Shown: in pieces, positions 30,166 through 38,969 of the stretch | How positions within the stretch are numbered: the first letter of the stretch is position 1 | Layout: each line of letters starts with the position of its first letter | From: Gaiellaceae bacterium | GTDB taxonomy: Bacteria > Actinomycetota > Thermoleophilia > Gaiellales > Gaiellaceae | Reading direction: 5' to 3' | Length of the DNA stretch: 64,000 nt | Assembly: GCA_035650615.1 (NCBI GenBank) | Contig: DASRHI010000052.1 | Coordinates: 72,550 to 136,549, forward strand | Translations under genes and position numbers: made by a program | The notes under the pieces: model-generated | Database searches by the model: none | What the model was told of the DNA's origin: nothing | What the model saw: only the letters and a program-made list of their open reading frames with translations

Positions 30166-30795
30166 TCACACCACGCGGTTGCGTAGCACGCCGATCCCGT
30201 CGACGCGGGCCTCGACGACGCCGCGCGCGACCGGGACGCCGCCGCCGGCGGCCACCGGCGCCACGAGCAGCTCGCCGGGCCGCAGCGTCGTGTTGCGGGC
30301 GGCGTGCGCGATGCGCCCGTCCCAGGAGGGGCCGTCGAACTCGTCGGGCGTCACGAGCACCGGGCCGATCGAGAGCGCGAAGTCGCGGCTTTTCGCCCCC
30401 GGCAGGTCGGGGGCGTGCCACGCGTTGCCGGCGGTCCAGCCGCCGACCGCGCCGCCGGCGCCGACCACCGCGACGAGCGCGGGCACGGAGCGGAGGTCGC
30501 TCGAGCCCTCGGGGTACGGGATCTCGTCCTCCGGGCCGAAGACGGCGGCGGTGTTGCCGAAGGCGAAGTCGAGGCCGTCGCCGAAGATCCGGATGCTGGG
30601 CGGGTGGAGGACGGGCGCCCGCAGGTCGACCTCGTCGAGCGCGTACACGGCGTGCTCGCGCAGCGCCCCGCCGGCGGTGAAGTAGACCTGCAGCGTCTGC
30701 GCCGCGAGCTGGGTCACGCGCCCGCCGTCGATGCGGCCCGGCCAGCCGCGCTCGAGCTCCATCCCCTTCGGGCTGAACATGCAGAGCCGCGTCAT
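30166..30795 (-). CDS. fumarylacetoacetate hydrolase (FAH) family protein
   Basis: 209 aa. LVAVVGAGG, GPVLVTPDEF and the C-terminal VDGIGVLRNRVV resemble the FAH-fold C-terminal domain. The assignment is moderate. Confidence 0.6.
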   Translation of the reverse strand: MTRLCMFSPKGMELERGWPGRIDGGRVTQLAAQTLQVYFTAGGALREHAVYALDEVDLRAPVLHPPSIRIFGDGLDFAFGNTAAVFGPEDEIPYPEGSSDLRSVPALVAVVGAGGAVGGWTAGNAWHAPDLPGAKSRDFALSIGPVLVTPDEFDGPSWDGRIAHAARNTTLRPGELLVAPVAAGGGVPVARGVVEARVDGIGVLRNRVV

Positions 30796-30796
30796 C

Positions 30797-32134
30797 TCAC
30801 GGCTCCGTGTGGACGATCACGTCGGCGATGTCGGGCCGCTCGCGGCGGATCCGCTCCTCGACCTCGCTCGCGCGGGCGTGGGCGTCGTCGAGTCGGCTCG
30901 TGCCCTCGAGCCCGAGAGTCAGGAACGCGACGAGCCCGCCCTCCGTGCGCAGGAACCGGACCTCGCGCGGGGGGCGCCCGGTGGCGTCGACGACGATCCG
31001 CTCGACCGCCGCCGGGTCGACGGCAACCTCCCGGCCCGACGCCGGCTCGGTCAGCGGCTCGAGGTGGGTCTGCACCGCGTCGACCTCGGGGACGGCCGCG
31101 CAGACCGCCCGCTCGAGCTGCTCCGCGACGTCGTGCGCGGCCTCGAGGGTGACGTCGCCCGGGAGCTTCAGGTGGAGCGAGAGCTCGGTCCGGCCGCCGA
31201 CCTCGACGAGCGCGAGGTTGTGCACCTCCCGCACGCCGGGCACCGCCACGGCGGCGGCGTGGGCGCGCTCGCGGATTCCGGCGTCCTCGACCGGCTCCAC
31301 GTGGACGACGACGTCGCTGCCCGGCAGGGCGCGCTCGACCGCCGCCTCGACCGCGTCGGCCGCCGCGTGCCCCTGGCCGACGCCGGCGGAGGCGGAGACG
31401 CCGATCACGACGTCGGCGAACTGGCGCCCGCCCGCGTGCCGCATGCGCAGGCGGCGCAGGACGACGCCGGGGAGCGCGCCGATCGCGGCGCGCGCCGCCA
31501 CCTCGGCGTCGGCCGGCGCGCGGTCCATCAGGATGTCGACGTTGCCGCGGGCGAGCCGCGACGCCGCGACGAGCACGAGGGCGGCGACGAAGAGCGCGGC
31601 CGCGGAGTCGCCGTTCGGGTGGCCGGCGCGCGCGAGCAGCAGGCCGACCAGGACGGCGACCGAGCCCGCGAGGTCGCTCGCGAAGTGGAGCGCGTTCGAC
31701 GAGAGGGCGGCGCTGCGGTAGCGGCGCGACGCCCGCCAGGAGACCGCGGCGCGGCTCGCGTCGACCGCGATCACGACCGCGACCACGGCGAGCGCGTACC
31801 AGGCGGCGTGCACGGTCGGCGCCGACGAGCCGGCCAGGCGCTCGACCGCCCGCACGCCGATCAGCACGCTCGCCGCCGCGAGGAACGCCGCCTCGGCGAG
31901 GGCGGCGAGGTGCTCCGCCTTGCCGTGGCCGTACTGGTGGCCGGGGTCGGCCGGGCGGCCGGCCACGCCGACGGCGAAGAAGGTCAGGAGCGCCGCGACG
32001 AGGTCGGTCCCGGAGTGGATCGCCTCGGAGATCAGGCCGAGGCTGTGCGTGGCGAGCCCGACCGTCAGCTTCAGCGCGACGAGCGCGGCCGCCGCCGCGA
32101 CGGAGACGAGCGCCGCACGCCGTTGCGGGGTCAC
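30797..32134 (-). CDS. cation diffusion facilitator (CDF) transporter with three tandem C-terminal cytoplasmic domains
   Basis: HSLGLISEAIHSGTDL and HFASDLAGS (CDF metal site A), plus six TM helices. Three CTD-like modules follow, ending VVVHVEP, VQTHLEP and VIVHTEP; 445 aa. Confidence 0.85.
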   Translation of the reverse strand: MTPQRRAALVSVAAAAALVALKLTVGLATHSLGLISEAIHSGTDLVAALLTFFAVGVAGRPADPGHQYGHGKAEHLAALAEAAFLAAASVLIGVRAVERLAGSSAPTVHAAWYALAVVAVVIAVDASRAAVSWRASRRYRSAALSSNALHFASDLAGSVAVLVGLLLARAGHPNGDSAAALFVAALVLVAASRLARGNVDILMDRAPADAEVAARAAIGALPGVVLRRLRMRHAGGRQFADVVIGVSASAGVGQGHAAADAVEAAVERALPGSDVVVHVEPVEDAGIRERAHAAAVAVPGVREVHNLALVEVGGRTELSLHLKLPGDVTLEAAHDVAEQLERAVCAAVPEVDAVQTHLEPLTEPASGREVAVDPAAVERIVVDATGRPPREVRFLRTEGGLVAFLTLGLEGTSRLDDAHARASEVEERIRRERPDIADVIVHTEP

Positions 32135-32146
32135 CGCCGGATTGTC

Positions 32147-33676
32147 TCAGTCGCTCCCGCCGGGGTTCGGCGCGCCCGCGGCCGCCTCCGCGGCGGGGAC
32201 GATGTCGACCGTCCGCCGCAGCGGCGCCTCCTTGACCCACACGAGCGCGACGACCCACACGAGCACGGCCACGCAGGCCGACGCGAGGAAGGCCGGCCGG
32301 AGCGCCGACGCGAGCGACTCGCGCAGGCCGGGCGGGAGGCGGTGGATCGCGACGCCCCCGCCGGCGGTCGTCTCCCGGGGGAGGCCGGAGTTCACGATCA
32401 CGCCCATCACCGAGACGCCCACGGTCGCCCCCATCTGGCGCGCGAACTGGGTCAGGGCGGTCGCCGAGCCGATCCGGGCGCGCCGGACGGCGTTCTGCAC
32501 CGAGAGCACGAACACCTGCATCATCGAGCCGATCCCGATCCCGGCGACGACCATGTCGCGCGCCGCCTCGCCGTTCGTCGTGTGCACGTCCATCCGCCAG
32601 AGGAGCCCCATCCCGAGGACGAGGACGAGCGGCCCGAAGACGACGTTCCAGCGGTAGCGGCCCGTTCGGGACACGAGCTGGCCGGTGAGGAACGACGTCG
32701 TCACCGCGCCGAGCATGAGCGGCGTGAGGACGACGCCGGACGACGTCGCCGAGGTGCCGATCACGCCCTGGACGAAGAGCGGCACGAACGAGATCGTCCC
32801 GAACATCGCCATCCCCGACAGCGCCATGCAGCCGACGCTCCCTGCGACGATCGGGTTGCGCAGCACGTCGAACGGCAGGATCGGCTCCCGCGAGCGCCGC
32901 TCGACGAGGCCGAAGGCGGCGAGCAGGCCGGCCGCGGCGCAGAGCGCGCCGACGACGTGCCCGCTGCCCCACGCGTAGTCGTGCCCGGCCCAGACGAGCC
33001 CCAGCAGGAGCGCGGCCGTGCCGGCCGCGAGCAGGCCGGCGCCGAGCCAGTCGATCTCGTGCTCGGCGCGCGTCCGCCGCCTCGGCATCGTCAGCGAGAT
33101 CACGGCGAGCGCGAGCCCCCCGACCGGGAGGTTGACGAGGAAGACCCAGCGCCAGGTCGTGTTGTCGACGATGAAGCCGCCGACGGCCGGGCCGACGACG
33201 GACGCCGCGACGAACACCGAGCCGATCAGCCCCTGCCAGCGGCCGCGGTCGAGCGGCGGCACGATCCCGCCGATGACCGCGAGCGAGAGCGGGAAGAGGC
33301 CGCCCGCGCCGAGCCCCTGCACGCCCCGGAAGACGACGAGCTCGGTCATGTTCTGGGCTGCGCCGCAGAGCGCGGAGCCGACGAGGAAGATGCTCACCGA
33401 GGCGAGGAGCAGCGGACGGCGGCCGTGGACGTCCCCGAGCCGGCCGTACACCGGCACCGACACCGTGGAGGTGAGCATGTACGCGGTGAAGACCCAGGAG
33501 TACTGCGTGATCCCGCCGAGGTCGGAGACGATCCGCGGCAGTGCCGTCGCGACGATCGTCTGGTCGAGCGCGGCGAGCAGCAGCGCCACCATCAGGCCCG
33601 AGTAGATCGTCAGGACCCGGCCGATCGTGTAGTCGTAGCCCGGCGGCCTGCGCGCGAGCCGCTCGCCGAGATTCAC
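32147..33676 (-). CDS. MFS transporter, DHA2/EmrB-like (14-TMS drug:H+ antiporter type)
   Basis: Tail of track ORF 32147..34204: LDQTIVATALPRI, YGRLGDVHGRRP, and about 14 hydrophobic segments. The GTG start overlaps the upstream stop. Confidence 0.85.
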   Translation of the reverse strand: MNLGERLARRPPGYDYTIGRVLTIYSGLMVALLLAALDQTIVATALPRIVSDLGGITQYSWVFTAYMLTSTVSVPVYGRLGDVHGRRPLLLASVSIFLVGSALCGAAQNMTELVVFRGVQGLGAGGLFPLSLAVIGGIVPPLDRGRWQGLIGSVFVAASVVGPAVGGFIVDNTTWRWVFLVNLPVGGLALAVISLTMPRRRTRAEHEIDWLGAGLLAAGTAALLLGLVWAGHDYAWGSGHVVGALCAAAGLLAAFGLVERRSREPILPFDVLRNPIVAGSVGCMALSGMAMFGTISFVPLFVQGVIGTSATSSGVVLTPLMLGAVTTSFLTGQLVSRTGRYRWNVVFGPLVLVLGMGLLWRMDVHTTNGEAARDMVVAGIGIGSMMQVFVLSVQNAVRRARIGSATALTQFARQMGATVGVSVMGVIVNSGLPRETTAGGGVAIHRLPPGLRESLASALRPAFLASACVAVLVWVVALVWVKEAPLRRTVDIVPAAEAAAGAPNPGGSD

Positions 33677-34599
33677 GGGGCGGCGTCTCCCGGGGCGAGC
33701 TCGCCTGCGAGCCGTGCGGGGCGGCGCCGGCGTGCGCGCTCGAGGACGATGCCCGCGGCGATGAGGACGCCGCCGACGATCTCCCAGCGGTCGAGGCTCT
33801 CGGACAGGAGGACGATCGCGAACACGACCGCGAAGAGCGGCTGCAGGTTGGCGACGAGCGTCGCGCGCGCCGCGCCGACCCGGCCGAGGGCCGTGAACCA
33901 GAGGATGTTCGTCAGGAAGAGCGGCCCGACGACGCCGTAGGCGAGGCCGAGCCAGGCCTCCCAGCCGAGCGCGCCGAAGCTCTGGCCGGCGAGCTCGGGG
34001 ACGCTGACGAGCCCGAGCGGCAGCGACCCGAGCCCGAGCACGAGCGCGCTGATCCGGATCGGCGAGTAGCGCCGCATGAGCGGCGCGATCGCGACGGAGT
34101 ACGCCGACCAGGTGACGGCGGTGCCGATCGCGATCAGGTCGCCGGTGGCGTCGCCGGAGACGCCGCCCCCGCTCCCCGTGGCGACGAACCCGACCCCGGC
34201 GCACGTGATCGCCGCCGCCGCCCAGAAGCGGCGGCCGAGACGCTCGAGGCCGGCGAGCGTCGCGATCGCGCCGGCGAAGATCGGGCTCGCGCCGAAGACG
34301 AGCCCGACGGTGGACGCGCTCGTATCGTGGACCGCGACGACGAAGCAGACCTGGTTGGCGAAGATCAGCAGCGCCGCGAGCGCGACGAGCGGCCAGTCGG
34401 CGATGCGGATGCGGAAAGACCGCTCCCGCTGCCAGGTGAAGAGGATGAAGAGCGCCGTCGCGGCGACGTACCGCGACGTCCCGTAGGCGAGGGGACGAAA
34501 CCCGTGGGTCACCACGTACCGGGTCACGGTCACGTTCAGGGCCCAGAGCAGGATCGTTCCGAGCAGCATCAGGTCGACTGCGGAGACTCGGCGATCCAC
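33673..34599 (-). CDS. EamA/DMT-family transporter
   Basis: 308 aa, ten predicted TM helices in two EamA-like halves (LLWALNVTVTRY ... ; LFLTNILWFTALGRVGAARA). Confidence 0.8.
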   Translation of the reverse strand: MDRRVSAVDLMLLGTILLWALNVTVTRYVVTHGFRPLAYGTSRYVAATALFILFTWQRERSFRIRIADWPLVALAALLIFANQVCFVVAVHDTSASTVGLVFGASPIFAGAIATLAGLERLGRRFWAAAAITCAGVGFVATGSGGGVSGDATGDLIAIGTAVTWSAYSVAIAPLMRRYSPIRISALVLGLGSLPLGLVSVPELAGQSFGALGWEAWLGLAYGVVGPLFLTNILWFTALGRVGAARATLVANLQPLFAVVFAIVLLSESLDRWEIVGGVLIAAGIVLERARRRRPARLAGELAPGDAAP

Positions 34600-34635
34600 T
34601 CCTCGACCCTACTCGCGCCGACTACGCTTGCGCCG

Positions 34636-34923
34636 ATGGAACGCGAGCCGACCCGGCACGACGTCGACGCGCTCGTCGGGCCCGCGACGCCGCACTTCGC
34701 CTACCAGCTCCGCGCGCGCGTCCGCGAGCTCGTCGCGGGCCTGCCCGAGGACCACGACGTCCGCCGCTACGCTGAGAAGCGGATCGAGCTCCTCGACCGC
34801 CTGGGTCACGCGTCGTCGAAGGCGGAGGAGGGCGGCCGCGAGCCGCGCAGCCGGCCCGGCTGGGCCCAGATCCCGAGCACGGCCCCGGCCGACCGCCCGC
34901 TCCCGCCTCGGCGCGCCGGGTGA
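34636..34923 (+). CDS. hypothetical protein (95 aa)
   Basis: Tail of track ORF 33541..34923, from MEREPTRHDVDALVGPATPHFAYQLRARVRELV. Its stop overlaps the next gene's GTG (GTGA). No recognised family. Confidence 0.45.
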   Translation: MEREPTRHDVDALVGPATPHFAYQLRARVRELVAGLPEDHDVRRYAEKRIELLDRLGHASSKAEEGGREPRSRPGWAQIPSTAPADRPLPPRRAG

Positions 34924-35654
34924 ACGTCCTCGTCACGGGCGGCTCGCGCGGAATCGGGCGCGCGATCGCGCTGCGCCTCGCGCGCGACGGCGCGCGGCGT
35001 GTCGCGATCGGCTACCTCCGCAACGACGCCGCGGCGGAGGCGACCGCGGAGGAGCTCCGCGAGACGGGCGCCGAGGTGACCCTCGTGCGCGGCAACGTCG
35101 GCTCGGAGCGCGTCCTCGACGAGGTGCGGGCGCTCGGGGCGCTCGACGTCCTCGTGCACAACGCCGCGACGGGCGTCGTCCGCCGCGCGCTCGAGACCGA
35201 GGACAGGCACTGGGACTGGACCCTGAACGCGAATGCGCGCGCGCTTCTCGCGCTCGCGCGCGTGGCGGCGCCGCGGATGGCGGCCGGGTCGTCGATCGTG
35301 GCGATCTCGTCCCTTGGCGCGCAGCGCGTGCTCGAGAACTACGCGCTGATCGGGACGTCGAAGGCCGCGCTCGAGGCGCTCGTGCGCTACCTCGCCGTCG
35401 AGCTCGCCCCCGCCGTGCGCGTGAACGCGGTCTCGGCCGGCGTCGTCGAGACGCGCGCCCTCGAGCACTTCCCGAACCGCGACGAGATGCTCCGCGCAGG
35501 CGCCGCGAACCCCGCGGGTCGGCTCGTCACGCCGGAGGACGTGGCGGGCGCGGTCGCGTTCCTCTGCTCGCGCGACGCCGAGATGGTGCGCGGCCACGTC
35601 CTCGTCGTCGACGGCGGATTCTCGCTCCCCGTTCCGCCCCCGCCGGCTCTATAA
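34920..35654 (+). CDS. SDR-family oxidoreductase, FabL-like enoyl-ACP reductase signature
   Basis: VLVTGGSRGIGRAIA (Rossmann fold) and SSLGAQRVLENYALIGTSKAA, which gives Y-x6-K, the enoyl-reductase spacing rather than the classical YxxxK; 244 aa. Confidence 0.8.
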   Translation: MNVLVTGGSRGIGRAIALRLARDGARRVAIGYLRNDAAAEATAEELRETGAEVTLVRGNVGSERVLDEVRALGALDVLVHNAATGVVRRALETEDRHWDWTLNANARALLALARVAAPRMAAGSSIVAISSLGAQRVLENYALIGTSKAALEALVRYLAVELAPAVRVNAVSAGVVETRALEHFPNRDEMLRAGAANPAGRLVTPEDVAGAVAFLCSRDAEMVRGHVLVVDGGFSLPVPPPPAL

Positions 35655-35657
35655 TCG

Positions 35658-36008
35658 GTGTGGATGCGCACGGGGGTCGTGCTCGTGCTGACCGCAGCGC
35701 TCGCAGCCGCCCTCGCGGCTGCGCCCCTCGCAGCGGACCTCGACAAGGGCCGCCAGCGTCCGCCGGCCGCCCTCTCCCTGCAGGAGAAGGTGATCTGGAT
35801 GGGCGAGTGGGCCGCCTGCCGCCACCAGTCGCTGCGCAACCTCGCCAGGGAGCTCGGCCTGAAGGTGCCCGCCGGCCGGACGCCGCAGGTGACGGCGAAG
35901 GTGATCGCGAAGTTCGCCGAGGCGCCGCTCTGGAACCTCGAGAGCGAGTTCCAGACGGCCGTCGACGGCTGCCGCAACGGCATCCTCTGGCGCTTCTACC
36001 ACGAGTAG
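35658..36008 (+). CDS. small secreted hypothetical protein
   Basis: Signal peptide [24 protein letters not shown] and two Cys residues; 116 aa. No recognised family. Confidence 0.5.
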   Translation: MWMRTGVVLVLTAALAAALAAAPLAADLDKGRQRPPAALSLQEKVIWMGEWAACRHQSLRNLARELGLKVPAGRTPQVTAKVIAKFAEAPLWNLESEFQTAVDGCRNGILWRFYHE

Positions 36009-36020
36009 CCCTCCCGGCGG

Positions 36021-36917
36021 CTAGCGCGCGAGCCGCCGGAGCGTGTCGGCCGCGACGAGCCCGGCGACGCGCGGGTTCTCCTGCAGCCGCCGCACCGCGT
36101 ACTCGTACCAGTGCGTCCCGAACGGGACGTAGACGCGGAGGCGGTGCCCCTCGGCCACGAGCTCGTCGGCGCGGGCCGCCCGGACGCCGAGCAGCATCTG
36201 GAGCTCGTAGCGCTCGCGCGGGAGCCCCCGCTCGCGCACCTGCGCGAGCGCGTCGGCGATCAGCGCCTCGTCGTGCGTGGCGATCGCGACGTAGCTGCCG
36301 CGGTCGAGCAGCGCCCGCAGCGTCGCCCGGAAGCTCTCGCGGACCTCCTCGTCGTCCTGGTGGGCGAGCTCCGCGGGCTCGAGGTAGATGCCCTTGCACA
36401 CGCGGACGTTGTCGAGCCCGTCCACGTCGCGGACCGTACGCCGGAGGCGCGCCTGCAGGACGACGCCGACGTTGTCCCGTCCGGCGGCGCGCAGCTCACG
36501 GTAGAGGCGCAGCGTGCGGTCGGTCGTCGACGAGTCCTCCATGTCGATCCGGACGAAGTTGCCGCGCACGCGGGCGTCCTCGACGACCGCCTCGAGGTTC
36601 TCGCGGCAGAGGCCGTCGTCGAGCTCGAGCCCGAGGCCGGTCAGCTTGACGGACACGTTCGCGTCGAGCCCCTCGCCCTCGACCCGCGCGAGCACCCGGT
36701 GGTAGGCGCGCGCGAGCTCGCGCGCCTCGTCCGCCGACGACACCTCCTCGCCGAGGACGTCGATGGTGGCGAGCTTCCCCTCCGCGTTGAGGCGGCGCAC
36801 GACGGACACCGCGTCCTCGAGCGTCGGGCCGGCGATGTAGGGCGCCGCGAGCGCGCGCACGAGCTTCCTCGGCACGGCCGGCAGCACGCGCGCGATCGCC
36901 CGTTCGAGGAGCGCCAC
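36021..36917 (-). CDS. proline dehydrogenase (monofunctional PutA-like)
   Basis: SVKLTGLG, VRIDMEDS, VGVVLQARLRRT, RVCKGIY, ATHD and YELQMLLGV match the PRODH TIM barrel; 298 aa. Confidence 0.88.
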   Translation of the reverse strand: MALLERAIARVLPAVPRKLVRALAAPYIAGPTLEDAVSVVRRLNAEGKLATIDVLGEEVSSADEARELARAYHRVLARVEGEGLDANVSVKLTGLGLELDDGLCRENLEAVVEDARVRGNFVRIDMEDSSTTDRTLRLYRELRAAGRDNVGVVLQARLRRTVRDVDGLDNVRVCKGIYLEPAELAHQDDEEVRESFRATLRALLDRGSYVAIATHDEALIADALAQVRERGLPRERYELQMLLGVRAARADELVAEGHRLRVYVPFGTHWYEYAVRRLQENPRVAGLVAADTLRRLAR

Positions 36918-36927
36918 CGCGCGGAGG

Positions 36928-37224
36928 CTACCCCTGGCGCATGAAGCCCTGGCGCGCCGCGCTCACGAGCGCGACCGCCTCGGGGAAGAGCACGCGCATC
37001 GCGTCGCGCAGCGCGATCGCCTGCTCGTCGGCGCTGCCGGCGACCTGGAGCTGGGAGAGCGCGGCGGACGTCAGCTCGACGGCGGTGTTGAGCGTGAGGG
37101 TCGCGAACTGCTCGCGCTGCGCCTCCTGCACCGACTCGGCCTGCTGCTCGGCGAACTCGCGCAGCCCGCGCAGGAGCTCCTCGGGGTCGCCGCCGAAGGG
37201 GAATCCGAACGCGCCGCCTTCCAT
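36928..37224 (-). CDS. hypothetical protein (98 aa)
   Basis: Internal Met of track ORF 36928..37608: MEGGAFGFPFGGDPEELLRGLREFAEQQAES..., predicted helical. No recognised family. Confidence 0.45.
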   Translation of the reverse strand: MEGGAFGFPFGGDPEELLRGLREFAEQQAESVQEAQREQFATLTLNTAVELTSAALSQLQVAGSADEQAIALRDAMRVLFPEAVALVSAARQGFMRQG

Positions 37225-37234
37225 GCGGCCCACG

Positions 37235-37600
37235 TTACCGGAGGGGGAGCCGGTAGCGGTCCAGCACCTCGGCGACGAACGCCTCGACGACCCCCGTCGC
37301 GGAGGCGAGCCCGGGGGTGCCGACGGCGTCGAGGTAGGCGGGCGAGGCGACGCGGGCGGCGTCCTCCTCCCCGGCGAGCTCGGCCGCGACCTCGCAGAGC
37401 GCGACGAGCGACGCCACCTCGCGGACGGCCGCGCGGTCCTCGAGCGGCCGGGCCCGGGCGTCGACGGCGAGCCACCGGCGCTCGTCGCCCTCGCCGAGGG
37501 CGACGAGGTACGCACGCCCTCCGCCCGGCGGCTCGGCGGCGAGCACTCCGGCCACGGCGCCGTGCCCGGCCACCGCCGCGGCGATCCGCTCGAGCTCCAC
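37235..37600 (-). CDS. hypothetical protein (121 aa)
   Basis: Track ORF with balanced, coding-like composition (MELERIAAAVAGHGAVAGVLAAEPPGGGRAYLVALGEGDERRWLAVD...). No recognised family. Confidence 0.45.
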   Translation of the reverse strand: MELERIAAAVAGHGAVAGVLAAEPPGGGRAYLVALGEGDERRWLAVDARARPLEDRAAVREVASLVALCEVAAELAGEEDAARVASPAYLDAVGTPGLASATGVVEAFVAEVLDRYRLPLR

Positions 37601-37622
37601 GCCGTCACCCTAGACTCGCGCC

Positions 37623-38297
37623 GTGGACGCGCAGGCGCTCTTCGACCCGCTCGGCCCGACCTACGAGCGCTGCGCCGCGCTCCTCTCCTTCGGCCAGGAC
37701 GCCCGCTGGCGCCGTTTCCTCGTCACCCGGGTCGAGGCGGGGCCGGGCGACCGCGTCCTCGACGTCGCGACGGGCACCGGGCTCGTGGCGCGCGAGCTCG
37801 CCGCCCGTCACGGCTGCGCCGTCGTCGGCGTCGACCGCAGCCCCGGCATGCTCGCCGAGGCGCGCCGGCGGACGACCGGGATCGAGCTCGTCGAGGCGCG
37901 CGCGGAGGCGCTCCCCTTCGCCGACGGCGAGTTCGACGCGCTCACCTTCACCTACCTCCTGCGCTACGTCGACGACCCGGCCGCGACGCTGCGCGAGCTC
38001 GCGCGCGTCGTCCGCGCGGGCGGCGTCGTCGCCGGGCTCGAGTTCGGCGTCCCGTCTGGGGCGTGGCGCGCCCCGTGGGAGCTCTACGTCCGCGCCGGCC
38101 TTCCCGCGGCGGGGGCGGTCGTCGGGCGCGGGTGGCGCGAGGCCGGGGCCTTCCTCGGCGGCTCGATCCGCCGCTTCGCCCGCGCCTGGCCGCAGGAGCG
38201 GCTCGAGCAGGCGTGGCGGGCGGCGGGGGTCGGCGACGTCCGCTCCCGCCGCCTCAGCCTCGGGGGAGGGGTCGTGACATGGGGCCGGAAGAGCTGA
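37623..38297 (+). CDS. class I SAM-dependent methyltransferase (UbiE/MenG-like)
   Basis: SAM motif I RVLDVATGTGLVAREL, then VVGVDRSPGML and FDALTFTYLLRYV; 224 aa. Confidence 0.8.
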   Translation: MDAQALFDPLGPTYERCAALLSFGQDARWRRFLVTRVEAGPGDRVLDVATGTGLVARELAARHGCAVVGVDRSPGMLAEARRRTTGIELVEARAEALPFADGEFDALTFTYLLRYVDDPAATLRELARVVRAGGVVAGLEFGVPSGAWRAPWELYVRAGLPAAGAVVGRGWREAGAFLGGSIRRFARAWPQERLEQAWRAAGVGDVRSRRLSLGGGVVTWGRKS

Positions 38298-38965
38298 GGC
38301 CCGCCTTCTACGCGCTCCGGCCGGGCGGCTGGCGCGACTACGTGACGGTGCTGCACGCCCCGTACACGCTGTGGAACCTCGCCTACGTCGCCGTCGGGGC
38401 GGCGCTCGCCCCGGAGTTCCGGACGGGCCGCATGCTCTGGACGATGGCGGCGTTCGCGCTCGCGCTCGGGGTCGCGGCGCACGCGCTCGACGAGCTGAAC
38501 GGCCGCCCGCTGCGGACCGGGATCGGCGACGGCGTGCTCGTGGCGCTCGCGCTCGCGTCGCTCGCGGGGGCGTGCGCGATCGGCGTCTGGGCGGCGTTCG
38601 CCTGGGACGAGCCGGGCCTGCTCGCGTTCGTCGCCGCCGGCGCGGCCGTCGTCCCGGCGTACAACCTCGAGTGGCTCGGCGGCGCCGTCCACAACACCTG
38701 GGGCCTCGCCCTCTCCTGGGCCGCCTTCCCCGTGCTGACCGCGTACTTCGCGCAGGCCGGCACGCTGCGGGCGGAGGCCGTGCTCGCGGCCGGCTTCGCG
38801 GCGGCGCTGATCGTCGTCCAGCGCACGCTCTCGACGCCCGTGCGCCACGCCCGCCGCGTCCTCGGGACGACCGAGGGCGTCGAGCCGATGGAGCGCTCGC
38901 TGCGCATCCTCCCGTGGGCCATCGTCCTCCTCGCGGGCGCGCTCGTCGTGGCGCGCCTAACCTAG
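38279..38965 (+). CDS. integral membrane protein, unknown family (about 7 TM helices)
   Basis: Tail of track ORF 36941..38965, from MGPEELRPAFYALRPGGWRDYV. It is helix-rich, has a HALDELNGRPL motif, and overlaps the methyltransferase stop by 19 nt. Confidence 0.6.
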   Translation: MGPEELRPAFYALRPGGWRDYVTVLHAPYTLWNLAYVAVGAALAPEFRTGRMLWTMAAFALALGVAAHALDELNGRPLRTGIGDGVLVALALASLAGACAIGVWAAFAWDEPGLLAFVAAGAAVVPAYNLEWLGGAVHNTWGLALSWAAFPVLTAYFAQAGTLRAEAVLAAGFAAALIVVQRTLSTPVRHARRVLGTTEGVEPMERSLRILPWAIVLLAGALVVARLT

Positions 38966-38969
38966 AGTC

